Origin: Octopus vulgaris
Lineage: Eukaryota
DNA length: 64,000 nt
Reading direction: 5' to 3'
Assembly (NCBI GenBank): GCA_951406725.2
Contig: OX597831.1
Coordinates: 16,182,001-16,246,000 of the forward strand
Below are positions 13,392 to 27,064 of this stretch, one piece after another (positions within the stretch are counted from its first letter, which is position 1; each line of letters starts with the position of its first letter). A program made the position numbers and the translations under genes. Under the pieces are notes generated by a model, which saw nothing but the letters and a program-made list of their open reading frames with translations, was not told the DNA's origin and did not search any database.

Positions 13392-14767
13392 TATATGCAG
13401 CTTCAGTTACCTTAATTATAAATTCCCGTCACAAGACACCGGGACTGAATTCAGAACCACGTGACCGGAAACAAACATCTTACGATGTAGCCGCACCTAA
13501 GGCACCAATACAGAGCCACACCATATAAGCTCGATCGTACATTTAGGTGTAGATATAAATACATTAAAAAAATGATTAAGTGCAAACACCCACTAAAACA
13601 GCCATATACATTTGAGTGCGCGCGCGTGTGTAGTGTAGTTAATGCACATTCGTTATAAGAATCAGTTGTTGACATTGCATGCTTCTCTAGTGTCATATGA
13701 TTAAATTCAACAATGATAATTTCTGTAACAGACGCGGGAAAATACAACGGGTATCATTATTTATAGATTAAAAGAGGAAAAAAACTTAGGAGACGACATC
13801 CGCGTTTGTATAAATATTTATAATGGAGTAATTATTTATTAAATATAAAATGACAATTATATCTTTCTAGATGAAGCGGTGAAACCTATCTCTTGACAGA
13901 TTTCCATCATTGTGTCGAGAGTTATATATGTTGGATTCCCACGATGATGCTATTCGACATAGTAAATTCTGAATTTATTATTAATCACTTGTTAGAATTC
14001 CGCAGTTTAATAGTCTCTGATATCCGATATCCCAAATAGTATTATAACTTTGCATACACATTTCGCATTTCATTAAATTAAGACAATTATTGGTGAAGTC
14101 CATAAAAACGACCACACTAGACTTCTTTAAAAAGAATCAGTGAGACAACATGGAGACAAGATCTTATTAGTTATTAATGTTTCGGATCCATAGTTGCATG
14201 CAAGAAATACGGAAGGCTCCGGAAAGATGACACGTATTACAATGAATCATCTTTCACTTATGGAAACCCTTCAAACCAACGCAACATGAAATTTAATAAA
14301 TACTAATAAATATGTAATGTTTCTAATTTATTGACATTCGATAGTTCCACGACCGAATGGGTTTAATAATTAATATGTGGTTTCATGAAAGTGAATTTAT
14401 GGGGACGAATAACATCGTTACAGGATCGGATCTCTGAACTTGTATAAAAGGTTCACTAAATTCAGTATCGTCATTATACAACACTACTGAAAGGGGGTAC
14501 TCGAAACATGTGTACCACTTTCTCTCTCTCTCCCTCTCTCTCTCTCGTCTAACTCTACCTCTCTTTCCTCTCATTCTCTCTGTCTTTCTGTTAACGCACA
14601 CGCATACACACACACACCTACCCACACATATATATAAATATCGGAATGCATAGCTAGCTAGCTAGATAGATAGCTAGATAGATAGATAGATAGTTAGATG
14701 TAAGAAATTAAATAAATGTGCAGAAAACAAAATATCATGCAAATAATGTGATAATATAATTCCTAAA

Positions 14768-15310
14768 GACGGCAAGCTGGAAGAATCGTTAGCACACCGA
14801 GCAAAATGTTTAGCACGTTCCGAGTTCAAACGGCGCTGGGGCCGATTTCGTATTTCATTCTTTCAGGGTCGATAAAATAATTACGAACTGAGCACTGATT
14901 TCAATGTAATCTACTTCGCCCTTCCTCTGAATTTGCTGGTTTTCAGCCGAAATTTGAAAGCATTACCGAATGTCTTGTTATGTTTGTGATCTATAACATT
15001 CAGTGAGTAGAGATTTTTCAGAGAGTTACTTGCAGAATAGAACTATTATTGTCTGACTATTTAACAATCCTTTTAACAGTTTATGGTTGCAATATTGACA
15101 AATTAAAAAGGCTGCGATCTGGCAGAAACGTCTACACGCCGGGCGAAATGCGTAGCAGTATTTCGTCTGCCGCTACGTTCTGAGTTCAAATTCCGCCGAG
15201 GTCGATATTGCCTTTCATTCTTTCGGTGTCGATAAATTAAGTACCAGTTATGCACTGTGTTCAATATAATCGACTTAATCCGTTCGTCTGTCCTTGTTTG
15301 TCCTCTTTGA
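14768..15310 (+). mobile_element. two SINE family 1 copies (about 14768-14960 and 15108-15310)
   Basis: A-box-like GGCAGAA..GTTAG and B-box GAGTTCAAATTCC heads. Confidence 0.75.
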
Positions 15311-15949
15311 CAAATCAATAGTAAATGAATCAAGACCTCACAGAAAATGCAGGAATAGAATAACTGCATTTAAAGTAGACTTCACGAAATTGTTTTTCAC
15401 AAATTATATTCAGCATTAATACAAAGTGTAACCCGTCACAAATAAGCAAGTACTTTCTGGACGATTTATTTTCGCCAGTACTACATAAAAGTGCGGTATA
15501 TTTTAAAATAACTATGATGTAGATATATAAATATATAGATATATATGTAGATATATATATAAACATAACCTATGGCGAATGATAGACAACTCAAAGAAGA
15601 ATTAGTTAAGAAATTTTCCCTCCCGCCTCGAATTCTTTTGGGGCAATGCCAACCAGATATATGTGCTTGGTGTTGGACTCTGTGCTGGAGACATTGTCTC
15701 AGTATGCTCAAGAAGTTCTCCCACGTACGATCTTCAGCAACCTGGTTCACGCGCGATACCTCTAATCGCTACCACTCACGCTGCCATCACGCCTGTTGCA
15801 GTACCTTCCTTCTATTCTGGACTTTTCTCTCACTGATATTTTACTAAATCAAGTTGATTCTACTCTAATTGCCCCTGTCAGAGCAAATACCATCAGTTGT
15901 TCACCACTGACCACCTAACAAAAAACGGCTCCTTAAATAATTCTCTTAT

Positions 15950-16600
15950 CCGGCCTCCTTAAGCATGGCGCGTCGGGTGTGACACGTTCAGCATCCAGTA
16001 ACCAGATGCCAGCCTGTGGATTCTAAATGAACCAAATTTGTTATCTGTGTAGACGAAAGTTTTAACCACTGGCCTACAGGATACTCTGACTAGATACCTA
16101 AATGATCTAATGCGGTTCATACGTGTCCACACTGGCATATTCGAGAAATCCAGTGGGTACATGAGAGATAGATGGAAATGTGTGAGCATGTTTACGAGGC
16201 ACCTCAGCTCCCTTAATCTCGACAAGCCTCCAGCCGAGGAATGTTCTATTTAACCATAATTTCTCAATTTTGAGGGATGTCGTATTTTCTTTGGTTAATT
16301 CTTCAGTTGGGATTCTTACCTCAACTGTTCCAAATCGTATCCTTAGTATGACAAAAGTATCTAAACCCCAGATCGTTCTCAAGCATTGTTCGACCTGGGT
16401 CTGTATCGCTTGTTCCAGTTTCAATGTTTTTAATAATACGTACTTAAATAAAATGTATTTTGCCTTAGTGTCTTCTTGCTCTTCCTGTGGTGTCTTAAAG
16501 AACTCTGTCCTGCCCTTCTTTAATAAGTGCATTTTAGCGTCGCTCAACATTTTTCTGTCAATTCGACTTTCTCCATTTTCATACAGGCTTATTTGAAAGA
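15950..16600 (-). mobile_element. old Tx1-group LINE ORF1 fragment
   Basis: ORF 16107-16550 (VEQCLRTIW..FGTVEVRI..TFLGWR) aligns with ORF1 at 45.2-45.5 kb (IEKCLSPIW..YGIVEVRF..TYMGRR). Confidence 0.7.
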
Positions 16601-16624
16601 GTTCCTATTCTGCTTAATTATATA

Positions 16625-16853
16625 TTTCTTTACTACCCACAAGGGGGTAAACATAGAGTGGACAAACAAGGACGGACAAGGGATTAAGTCGGTTACATCG
16701 CGCCCAGTACGTAACTGGTACTTAATTTATCGACCCCGGAAGGATGAAAGGCAAAGCCGACCTCGGCGGAATTTGAACTCACAACGTAACGGCAGACGAA
16801 ATACCGCTAAGCATTCCGCCCGGCGTGCTAACAGTTCTGCCAGCTCACAGCCT
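16625..16853 (-). mobile_element. tRNA-derived SINE family 1, near full length
   Basis: tRNA-like head with GAGTTCAAATTCC B box, conserved GCCTTTCATCCTT..GTCGATAAATTAAGTACCAG core; many copies in the window. Confidence 0.9.
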
Positions 16854-17628
16854 TACTCTGCTTAATTATATGAACGAACGTTGCGGTTTTTTTTTTTTTT
16901 ATATATCTGCTTGCGTTGGTAGTGGCGGTGGTAGCTGTGGTGTTGTTGGTCATGCTGATGGATTATGTGCTTTTTATCCTTTTGTATATATCTTCCCTGT
17001 CTCTGCTGCTGCTGCTGCTGCTTCTCTTTTTCTTGTCGCTTCAATTGCTGTTGCTGTTGTTCGTGGTTCGTTTCTTGAACACATCAAGTAGTGGTGGGAA
17101 AATAATGTCACAACGTATCTTCCAACATCTATCATACCCTTTTCCCACGATTTGGAAAGCTATACTGATATATTTTTATTTATAAATATTAAATATTCAA
17201 ATTTAAATATTAAAAAGAAATTACCCTGAACGGGGGAATTCTCAGCAGACCATCCCGCATCGCTTACAGCGAATTAGTTAACAATACATAATAATTTGGA
17301 ATACCAACTAACAAAATAAACAATTTTAAAAGGAACTTTACGAGGTATGAACAAGGGTGTACTGCTAGTAATAACATTGATACTTATTTCTACTAAAAAC
17401 ACAAGGCATAAAAAATTGTGAGGGGACTAATAGATTAATCGATTCCAATTTCACACTAGTGCTAAATTAATCAACATCGAAAAGATCAAAAGCAAAGTCG
17501 ATCTCTGCGGAATTTGAACACGGAATGTAGAAACAGGCGAAATACTTCTAAACATTTCGTCCAGCATGCTAACAATTCAGCTAGCTCACCAACGTAACAA
17601 CAACAACAACAACAACAGCAACAACAGA

Positions 17629-17710
17629 TTTCGTGCCTACAATAGTTGGTGCATTGGGAACAGTAAGCAAAGGCATAGACAAATTGTTAAAGGAAATTGG
17701 AATAGAATGA
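17629..17710 (+). mobile_element. short RLE-LINE C-terminal fragment
   Basis: FVPTIVGALGTVSKG resembles IPVVIGALGMIAKG of the element at 1-1976; follows (AAC)n. Confidence 0.55.
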
Positions 17711-18994
17711 CGCGAAAGGAGAAGGCGGCGCGTCGACCCCTAATGTGAACTCGGCCGATAAACGGCACCGTCCTACACTCGTCAACTACTCTTCTACAAA
17801 GTTCTGTAAATCAGCGATGCCGGGACTCTGTGTTCTGTGCATATCTCAAAATGAGACGGAAATCGGCCGCTACGAAGACAGCCTCGGACTATTTATAGGC
17901 AACCTTATCAACAGCTTTTGATTGATTCAAACTAATTAGTGACATAGCAATGCCAGGTTCATTATAATGTGGAGGTTAAAGATTTTAACGAGGAACAATA
18001 ATTAACACATGCATAGGCAAAGTCTATAAACCCACATATATACGAAACTCACTTACGTATTTGTAATAACCTACGTATACTTATTTCTTGCAATTTTATT
18101 GTTTTATGACATTAGATTGAGATCAAGGTGTGGAACAGCCCAAAGAAATTTTAGTGGAAATTTTTGAAACCTGGTGTCTATTCTTTCACATTCTTTTGAG
18201 AAACCGCTCGGTTATAGGGACTGAAATACTCCAGCAGGCAGTGAGGGAGGGGAGAACACAGTCACCAAAGCACAAGCACGCACACACGCACGCACACACA
18301 CACACACGCACACACACACACACGCACACACACGCACACACACATAGCCGCACACACACACATATATATATATTGTGGCTAAGAAGCAAAAATCTTACGC
18401 CAAGCCTAATTATTGACAATTTCTGTCTACCAGCGTTTCTCAAAAAAATATGTTTGCAGACGTTAGGGTTTTTTTCTTTTCTGTACGTGTTGCTGCGATT
18501 AACGAGCTCTTGTATGTTGTCTGCCGTATGTGATTACCATCGCGTTTATCGACTAATTATATTTATTTAATGCACAAATGTGTTTCATTTTCAAGACTGA
18601 AGATATTTTGAATTTCAAATTTCAACATTTGGAACAAATACAAATTATGAATAGACGGATGAAGTAGATATTGATTGAAACATTTTATTTTATTACATTT
18701 TGTATTTGTGTTTCCGTTTTCAGAACTACATGTTTGCTTGAAACTGGATCTGCAAAATAGAAAAAAGCTAATGATTATCGAGATGTTTATCATGCAGATT
18801 ATGTTTTGTATTTGAAAAGCAGCGGCTAATCTAATTGATTATTACGGTTTATAATTTAATCATATAATTTCTTCCAGTGTTGCATTACAATTTCCTTGTA
18901 TCAATAAGAAATCAATTACGTAACAGTGGCATCAGACACACGTGTTGTGTCATATATTATAGCTGCAGTCGTATTATAAAGTATATATATGTGT

Positions 18995-19436
18995 AAGGCG
19001 ACGAGCTAGCAGAATCGTTAGCTCGCCGGGCGAAATGTCTAGCGGTATTTCGTCTGATGCTACGTTCTGAGTTCAAATTTCGCCGGGGTCGACTTCGCCT
19101 TTCATCCTTTTGTGGTTTATTAAATAAGTACCAGTTACGCACTGGGGATCGGTGTAATCGACTTAATCCCTTCCCCCAAATGTGAGGCCGTGTGCTTCGA
19201 GTAGAAAGGATTATAGAGTATACAGGTTTCAAATTGATGGCCCGGTCAACATGTTCCGAGGAGAAAGCAAATGGATTACATCAGTCTTAGTATTCAAATG
19301 GTATTTATTTTAATGAACGCAAAGAATAATAGGCAAAGTCGGTCGTCGGCGTATTTGAACTCTGAACGTAAGGACGGACGGAATGCCGCTGAACAATCTG
19401 CCCGGCAAGGCGACGATTCTGTCACATCGCTGCCTT
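18995..19436. mobile_element. two SINE family 1 copies in opposite orientation
   Basis: plus-strand copy 18995-19212, diverged minus-strand copy about 19222-19436. Confidence 0.75.
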
Positions 19437-21587
19437 CGTACTATTGATTATGTTGGTTTCAAGTTTCGACTCAGGGCCGGTAAATTTCCGGTGTGGCATA
19501 AGTCGGTTAGACCGGCACCAGTGCTCAACTGGTATTTATTATATCGACCCCGAATTGATATACGGTTGAGTATAACATTGCTTTGCCGTATATTTTTACA
19601 TCATAATTTGTCATTTTAAAACAATTTTTATTACTGTTAATGTGAAACGTTGTGGGTTATTTTTTTTTTTTCTGGTGATACAACATCGTTGCTGAAGATG
19701 TAATTTTGTGATCATACTCTCTTACTGAAATGTAACTGAAATGAAAGCATCAGAGGTAAACATTTCCAAAAATATATAGCGTACATATCGTACAGACGAA
19801 ACGTAAGATATATATATATATATATATATTATCAAACAAGTGTTTATGATGCCGATGTAATAATGAGGTTGTACTTACGAGTCTGGTTTCGGAGAAAATA
19901 TTTAATTGTAAGGACTTTCTGAAATGAAAGATTGAATGTGTAACGATATTTGAAGTTACTATAAAATTGCTTAACTTAATAAGCGTAAACACTGTTGTGT
20001 GGTTTAGATGTTAACTTATATATTATAAGCTTATGGATTTGATATCAGTGTACCTAGTTTGGTCAAATGTTTCTGCTAAAGGTTAGTGAACGGAATTTCC
20101 TAGACAGAAACTGTGTGGAAACTTCAAGGAAAATTCTCCTTTCTTGAAGGTGACTCGGTTTATGAATCGACAGGTTAAACTACAAATCTCAGCCTTTGGC
20201 TACATTAAGAGGAATCCATTGTTTTCTTCTCAATACTTCCACGCTTTCTGTCACAGTCGTACCACCATGGAAATATTAATGGACATTATTTACATTCTTT
20301 CCATTTTTTCCGTCAAAATGTAAATAATGTAAATAATGTACATAATGATTCCTCATCTCCTAAATATACAATTGCAATACTAATGGTTTTTCATTTTGGT
20401 ATCCAGGACAGCAATTTCGTGCTGATGGAATTACACTATAAAATCGAACCTACTTAATGAGGTATACGTTATATCATTGACCCCGGTCCTCGAATGGATG
20501 CTAAGTAAAGTAGACCTCGTTATGATATGAACTCTGAATGCAAGAGTTTGAAGAAATACACATGGATATTGTATGATGTTTTAACGTTTCAGCCAGCTCA
20601 CCGATTTAATAAATTCGGATATATGCAGAAAGTCAGCAGTTTTAAAAAGTGGTATTGATTGATTATATCGATCCCTGTAGGTGATTTATACATTAATTTA
20701 TTAATCTTATACTAATGAAGGGTAAATTTGGCTCGGTGGTGCTTCAGCTTAGCACCATGAGAGGAGGAAAAATAACGCAAAGTATTTTATTTAATGTAAT
20801 GAAAATAATCTCATTTCATCTTCCTAGCACTGTAAATAATACCATTTCTACTATAGGCACAATGCCTGAATTTTTTAGATCGACACCAGTACACAACTGG
20901 TACTTAAATGATCGACTCCGAAAGGAAGAACGGTAAAGTCGTCCTCGGTGGAATTTGAATTTAGGACATAGAGACGATCGAAATACTGCTAAGAACTGTA
21001 TCCGGTGTGCTATCGATTCTTCCAGTTCATCCGGTTAAACTTGCTATCAATATATCAATAATAATTACTTTGCTATAAAAGATCTTACCGACACATTCAG
21101 TTTCCAAAATTTTATCGAAATATCGAAAGCATGCTTTATCTTTTCCTTTCATACAGTTGCGGTAGTTTCTGAGACGCCTGAAAATAAAAATGTGCCTACG
21201 ATATTATACTAGAAAAATGTATGTCAATATTTGGTGATTTATTTTTTTTCAATCTCATGTGAATAATCTTTTATTATTCCTAAATAATTCCTAACTTTAG
21301 TGACTGATGCAAATGAAGCGAAACATGAAATTGATATTTTTTTCTATCTCGACAAGGAACTGGATTTACATTTCTGATGATCAACCCGAATCTTTAGAGT
21401 TTTGGGAGATAAACCTTGGAAATTTTTCTTTTGCACCGCTATGCACATTACATTCGTTATACATTCTATTAATGCAATGCTTGTATTACATAAATTCATA
21501 TCCTCAACAACATTAGAATATATCAGAGTACTTTGTATAGTAGAAAATACGGTATAATGATATTGCACACAAATGAAGCTACCTTAA

Positions 21588-21724
21588 CACTTTGAGCTCT
21601 GACCTCCTGAACATTATTTGACCATATACCTGGCACTCAACTGGTACTCTACCGGTAGAACGGTACTACGGCATAGAGAAAAGTAAGCCATCCAATGGTA
21701 AACCGGTGTTACGGGATCAAAGGG
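21588..21724. mobile_element. piggyBac-type MITE
   Basis: TTAA|CACTTTGA...TCAAAGGG|TTAA: TTAA target duplications and imperfect TIRs. Confidence 0.6.
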
Positions 21725-22379
21725 TTAAGATAACCACTTAAAACACCAACTGGTTACTAATTTCAGGTTATTCTTCCTCACAGTCACAGATCCCTGTTAT
21801 ACATTGGGATTCTCTTCAAGTAACACATTCTACGTAAAGCTCAACAGCAGTTATGTGCAACCTAGTTCACGTTTTAATTCTCGGTGTTTAAAAGGCACAG
21901 AATAATGTCTTGTTCCTTTACCGGTTCGTTAAGGGTTTCATATTATTAAGAGTTTATAATAAGCAACTGGTAGTAAATACATTCTTTACTGAGGTCTATG
22001 GGCAAAAGCCAACCTGCTTTCTTAGAACATCCATCCTTAGGTAGCTTTGAATGAAAAGAGAAAAGCAGGTCGAAACCCCAGTTTCACAAATTCATCTTAA
22101 GCCTATAAATCTAGTATGTTGTGAATACACATCACTTGAAAACAAGTGTTCTCCGAAATGAAATATGGCAGCGGTTAGTATAGTCACGTTCAGATCTGCA
22201 TTAACGTGTTAAAAATAAATAGGCACGCTATTTCATTATTTCGATTGGGGCCGTTCTCTGTGCACATGATTACTTATATTAAAACTGAAATAGATTGAAG
22301 TAAATGCCTCATTCCAAACCAAGAACAAATCCTATAAGAATACAGGCCTCGGTATGAGTACAGAATATATCGACATATA

Positions 22380-22654
22380 TTGCTTTCGCCTTCTTCAAGC
22401 CAAGCCCTAGCCAGGCTCATGGGCCCGGTTTCCCGGTTTCTGTGGCGTATGTGTTTCCCCCAACTGGACAGGACGCCAGTCCATCGCAGCGTTAGGGAGA
22501 GTGAGGGGAAGTTGTGGCGAAAGATTACAACAGGGGTCACCACCACCCGCTGCCTCGTGGAGCTTTTAGGTGTTTTCTCTCAATAAACACACACGACGCC
22601 CGGTCTGGGTATCGAAAACGCGATCCTCCGACCGCTGGGCCATTGCGCCTCTAC
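22380..22654 (-). mobile_element. SINE family 2 with 13-bp TSD
   Basis: head GAGGCGCAATGGCCCAG; TSD ATATCGACATATA at 22367-22379 and 22655-22667. Confidence 0.88.
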
Positions 22655-23164
22655 ATATCGACATATACATAACAAAATACTTCAGTAATAACAAATATGA
22701 AGTCTTATTACACAGGATACTGTTCTTATTATATAACAAACCCCAAACTAAACAGTACCGACGTGTCAGTGATTTGGGCAACCGTAGCTTAAATAACATT
22801 AAAGATAGATATTTATGATAATGTTTTCTAACATTGATAGATAAAGAGGTTTAGTTGATTATATCGACCTGAAATGCTCATTTCTTACTCATTTAATCGA
22901 CACTGGAAGCGATGGAAATGCAAAGTTGCTAAACATTTTTCAGAACGCGGCTTTAAATAGAAATGCTAATAATACAAATATGAATGAACTATCTAAAGTT
23001 ATGCTTACATGCACGTGTGGAGCTTTGTATTACGATCAAGGGGACCTTTCGGGTCTGTCAGGCACATCTGTTTAGCTTTCAGGGTACACTTGTGTGACAA
23101 AGCAGCACCTTCAGGCGAAATGTAAAATAGCTCAATTAAGAAATAATAATGATAATGATAATAC

Positions 23165-23220
<56 letters not shown>

Positions 23221-23862
23221 GCAAAAAGCAAAACAATAACATCAACGATATTCCTTTCTAGTATAGAGACAAGGTCTTACTATTTGCTAACGGTTCTACC
23301 GGTTCACCGCATTAGTAGTCATGCGAATAATAATAAATTGTTATACGTAAAATGTGGATACTTCCGTGTATGAACATATTTGTTATTAATGTATACACAG
23401 GCAGACACATAAACACAAACGCAGACACACATATACACACAGTGTTTTTTTTTTCATTTTGGAGGGACACCTACAAAACCTTTAGAGTCAGTCCGGTTAA
23501 TTTTTTTTCCATTCAATAAATGATCTACATTAGCTTTTAACTTGTAAACAATACAACAGACAGAATAATCAACAATTTAAAACATTTTACGACATCATAA
23601 AATTAACCATTCAACATGAACTGGTATATAATCCTATACGAGGCGAAATGTGGCCTGATTCGTACATGAAATTATTAGAACGTCAAGTAACATTTAAGAT
23701 TATCTAAAATATAGATTTACATTTTATGTATTTCGTAAGTGCACAGTTTAACATTAAAAGGACAAACATCCCATTATCTGCATATATATGCATATGATGA
23801 GATTATTAACATATTGATTCAACAACGTGCGACTTAAACATATGTATATATGTATAACATCG

Positions 23863-23994
<132 letters not shown>

Positions 23995-24094
23995 GTGTGT
24001 CAAGTCGTTTTGGTATGCTGTTAATAAGGCAGAAAGAAATGATTTGTTATTTGTTCACGTCGAAACGGAAATAATTTTGTGTATGTTAACTTAC

Positions 24095-24131
24095 CGACCA
24101 GAAGGAGACAGAGAAATACCACGAATTTCAT
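24095..24131 (-). CDS. signal-peptide exon of paralog C (MKFVVFLCLLLV-G)
   Basis: ATG 24131-24129, 37 nt, phase-1 GTAAGT donor. Confidence 0.72.
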
Positions 24132-24187
24132 TTTGGATTTTCGTAAGAAACGAGAAATAACAGTTGTGATAAGATCCACTTCCAGTC

Positions 24188-24194
24188 TTATATA
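24188..24194 (-). promoter_or_regulatory. candidate TATA box for paralog C
   Basis: TATATAA about 60 nt upstream of the ATG. Confidence 0.5.
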
Positions 24195-24708
24195 CAATAC
24201 ATAAATTACACCAGGTGTCCAAAATCACATTCTTTAGAAAAAATAAGAAGTCGAGGAACAATAAGAGACCCAATTCCTTTAAAGTGCGTAACTCAATACA
24301 AAAGCAGTATATTTGGTGTACTGGTACTAAGGATCTCTCATGAATTAGGTTTTGTATATATTCTGTGTTTTAAATAGGTTTAGGTCTGAATGAATGTATA
24401 ATATATTTTAAACACCTTTTGTCCCGATTCGTTATCATATATTGATTCTACGGAACGAACTTAACAGCTTATCGAGCGTTTAATTCTATAGCTAAATGAG
24501 CACTTAAAGAATGGATATACAATAGTGTAATACACACACATATAAAGTATATGTGTGTAAGTTTCATTATGTGTGAGTATATGTGTGAGCGAAAACATGA
24601 ACTTACACTTTTACGTATGTTTATAGGAACATGGCCAGTTTGTAGAAATTTAATCCCAAATACTGGGCCCTACAAAACATATTTTTCCCGAATATCTGTC
24701 TAGCTATC

Positions 24709-25012
<304 letters not shown>

Positions 25013-25509
25013 AAATACATATATACATATATATATACATAGCTTAGCGTCTAAAATTTCCCTAATGAATGAAGTTTTGAATTTCAGTCTGGTCGGATTA
25101 AACACATTCCCCCTTGTTCGATATATTATGTAAATACCCTGTATCGACCTTTGTCTTTCCCTTGGATAACACTGGTGGCGTGGAGAGGGGAGGCTGGTAT
25201 GCATGGGCGACTGCTGATCTTCCATAAACAACCTTGCCCGGACTTGTGTCTAGGAGGGTAACTTTCTAGGTGCAATCCCATGGTCATTCATGACCGAAGG
25301 GGGTCAAAAAACAAAAAAAAACCAAAAAAAAAAAACCCTCCTCAGAGATTCGAAAAGAACGTGAGAACACAACAGCAAAGTATATTGCAAAGAGGGTGGG
25401 TGCATCAATATCTCATTGCTTTACTCCCTTTTCCATGGCAAATGATTCAGAGAACCTTCCAGCAAAGTTAACTCTAGCTTTCATATCTTGATGCAAATTC
25501 CTGATCAAT

Positions 25510-25920
25510 GTTTACAAATTTTTCTGGCCAAGCTGTTTTCATTAGAATTAGTCACAGAGCGTTTCGATTGACATTATCGAATGCTTTGCTCAAATCTACC
25601 AAGCAAGATTCAGTTCAATGCACTTTTATTGTAATTGTCTGAAAGGAAATATACAATCAGCTGTGTCCCTGGAGGAACGAAAGCCATACTGAGACTCAGA
25701 CACTCTGTTTGGAACTATGAATATATTTAAACGTTCTAACAACATGCGAGCAAGTACCTTTCCAACGTCAGACAAAAGCCAAATCCCACGAAACTTTGCA
25801 CACAGATCATTTGGCCCCGATTTATACAAGGAGCCTAAAATGGCATCAATCCAGTCTTGAGGTACTTTCTCAGTTCTCCAACAGTGACAGATTAATATAT
25901 TTGAGAGTTCAAACATTTTG
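25510..25920 (-). mobile_element. RTE-clade LINE RT fragment
   Basis: VPQDWIDA..LYK..FRGIWLLSDVGKVLARMLLERL..ESQYGFRSSRDTADCIF. Confidence 0.8.
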
Positions 25921-25924
25921 CCAT

Positions 25925-26373
25925 CTACATATTTCTAGCAACAGCACTCTGCAGCATGGAACACAAGCAGGAGTTCCTAGTCATGGCTGGGAGACAATTT
26001 CTGCGACCACATCACCCCGCAACACCTGGCCACCTAACTCCCCAAATTACAATCCCCTTGATTATTATGTGTAGGGTGCAATCGCGCAAGTGACCAACGA
26101 AATTCCTTCTAACACCAATGATGAAATGAAGGCAACGATTATGCCAGCATTCACCATTTTAAACAAGGATTCCGCCGAGAGGAGTTCCAAGTGATCCCCA
26201 AGATGTCTGGAAACTGTGGTCGAAGCCAACGGCGATGTTCTTGAATGGATTTACTCTTTAATATTTCAAAATATGTTTTTTTCCTGTTGGAAATCATATC
26301 TGTTAAAATCTGATGTCAGTGTTATTTTCATTTTGGCGTAATTTAGACTCCAGTTTATTCACCGTATTCTGTA
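25925..26373 (+). mobile_element. Tc1/mariner-superfamily transposase 3' fragment
   Basis: WPPNSPNYNPLDYYV motif, then CLETVVEANGDVLE C-terminus. Confidence 0.8.
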
Positions 26374-26544
26374 TTAAGACATAAAACTAGGTATTATTAT
26401 TTTTCTGTCTATAACTGTTGAAGTCTAACAACCTGATGCTTCATCAGTTATCGACTGAGAGCGTTTTGTAGTATGTAATGCATTTTCCATTTATCGAATA
26501 ACAGAAAACCAATATCCCTACTTCTGTTCATAGTAAGTATATAA

Positions 26545-26608
<64 letters not shown>

Positions 26609-26630
26609 GTGTGCGTGCGTGTGTGTGTGT

Positions 26631-26678
<48 letters not shown>

Positions 26679-26703
26679 GAAGATGTATATACATATTTAA
26701 ATA

Positions 26704-26743
<40 letters not shown>

Positions 26744-27064
26744 GATTAACTGTTGAACTGGACGGACGTCTATTTGTTTCTCTCCCGAGTCAGTAGCAAG
26801 CTACACAGCTTCAAAACTAACTGACCTTAAATATATATATATTTGTAACCACGTGTTTGCCTACAAACCCGTAAGTACGTTTTCATTTAACTACAAATTG
26901 TTATATACACCTGTTTTTCTTTTAATATCCTCAAACAACCAAATAATCAAAAACTCACACCCTTAAGAGAGAACATTTATATATATATACACTTCTTTAA
27001 CTCCCAAGAAAGAATATATATATTTTCAAAAATCAAAAGGAAAACAAACAAAAGAAAAACAAAC

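Noticed and set aside
16625-16853. tRNA gene
   Set aside because: Only a tRNA-like SINE head followed by a SINE body; no complete cloverleaf.
21344-21568. Cys-containing minus-strand ORF as exon 2 of paralog C
   Set aside because: The only plausible acceptor gives a stop in phase 1 and no clear donor was found.
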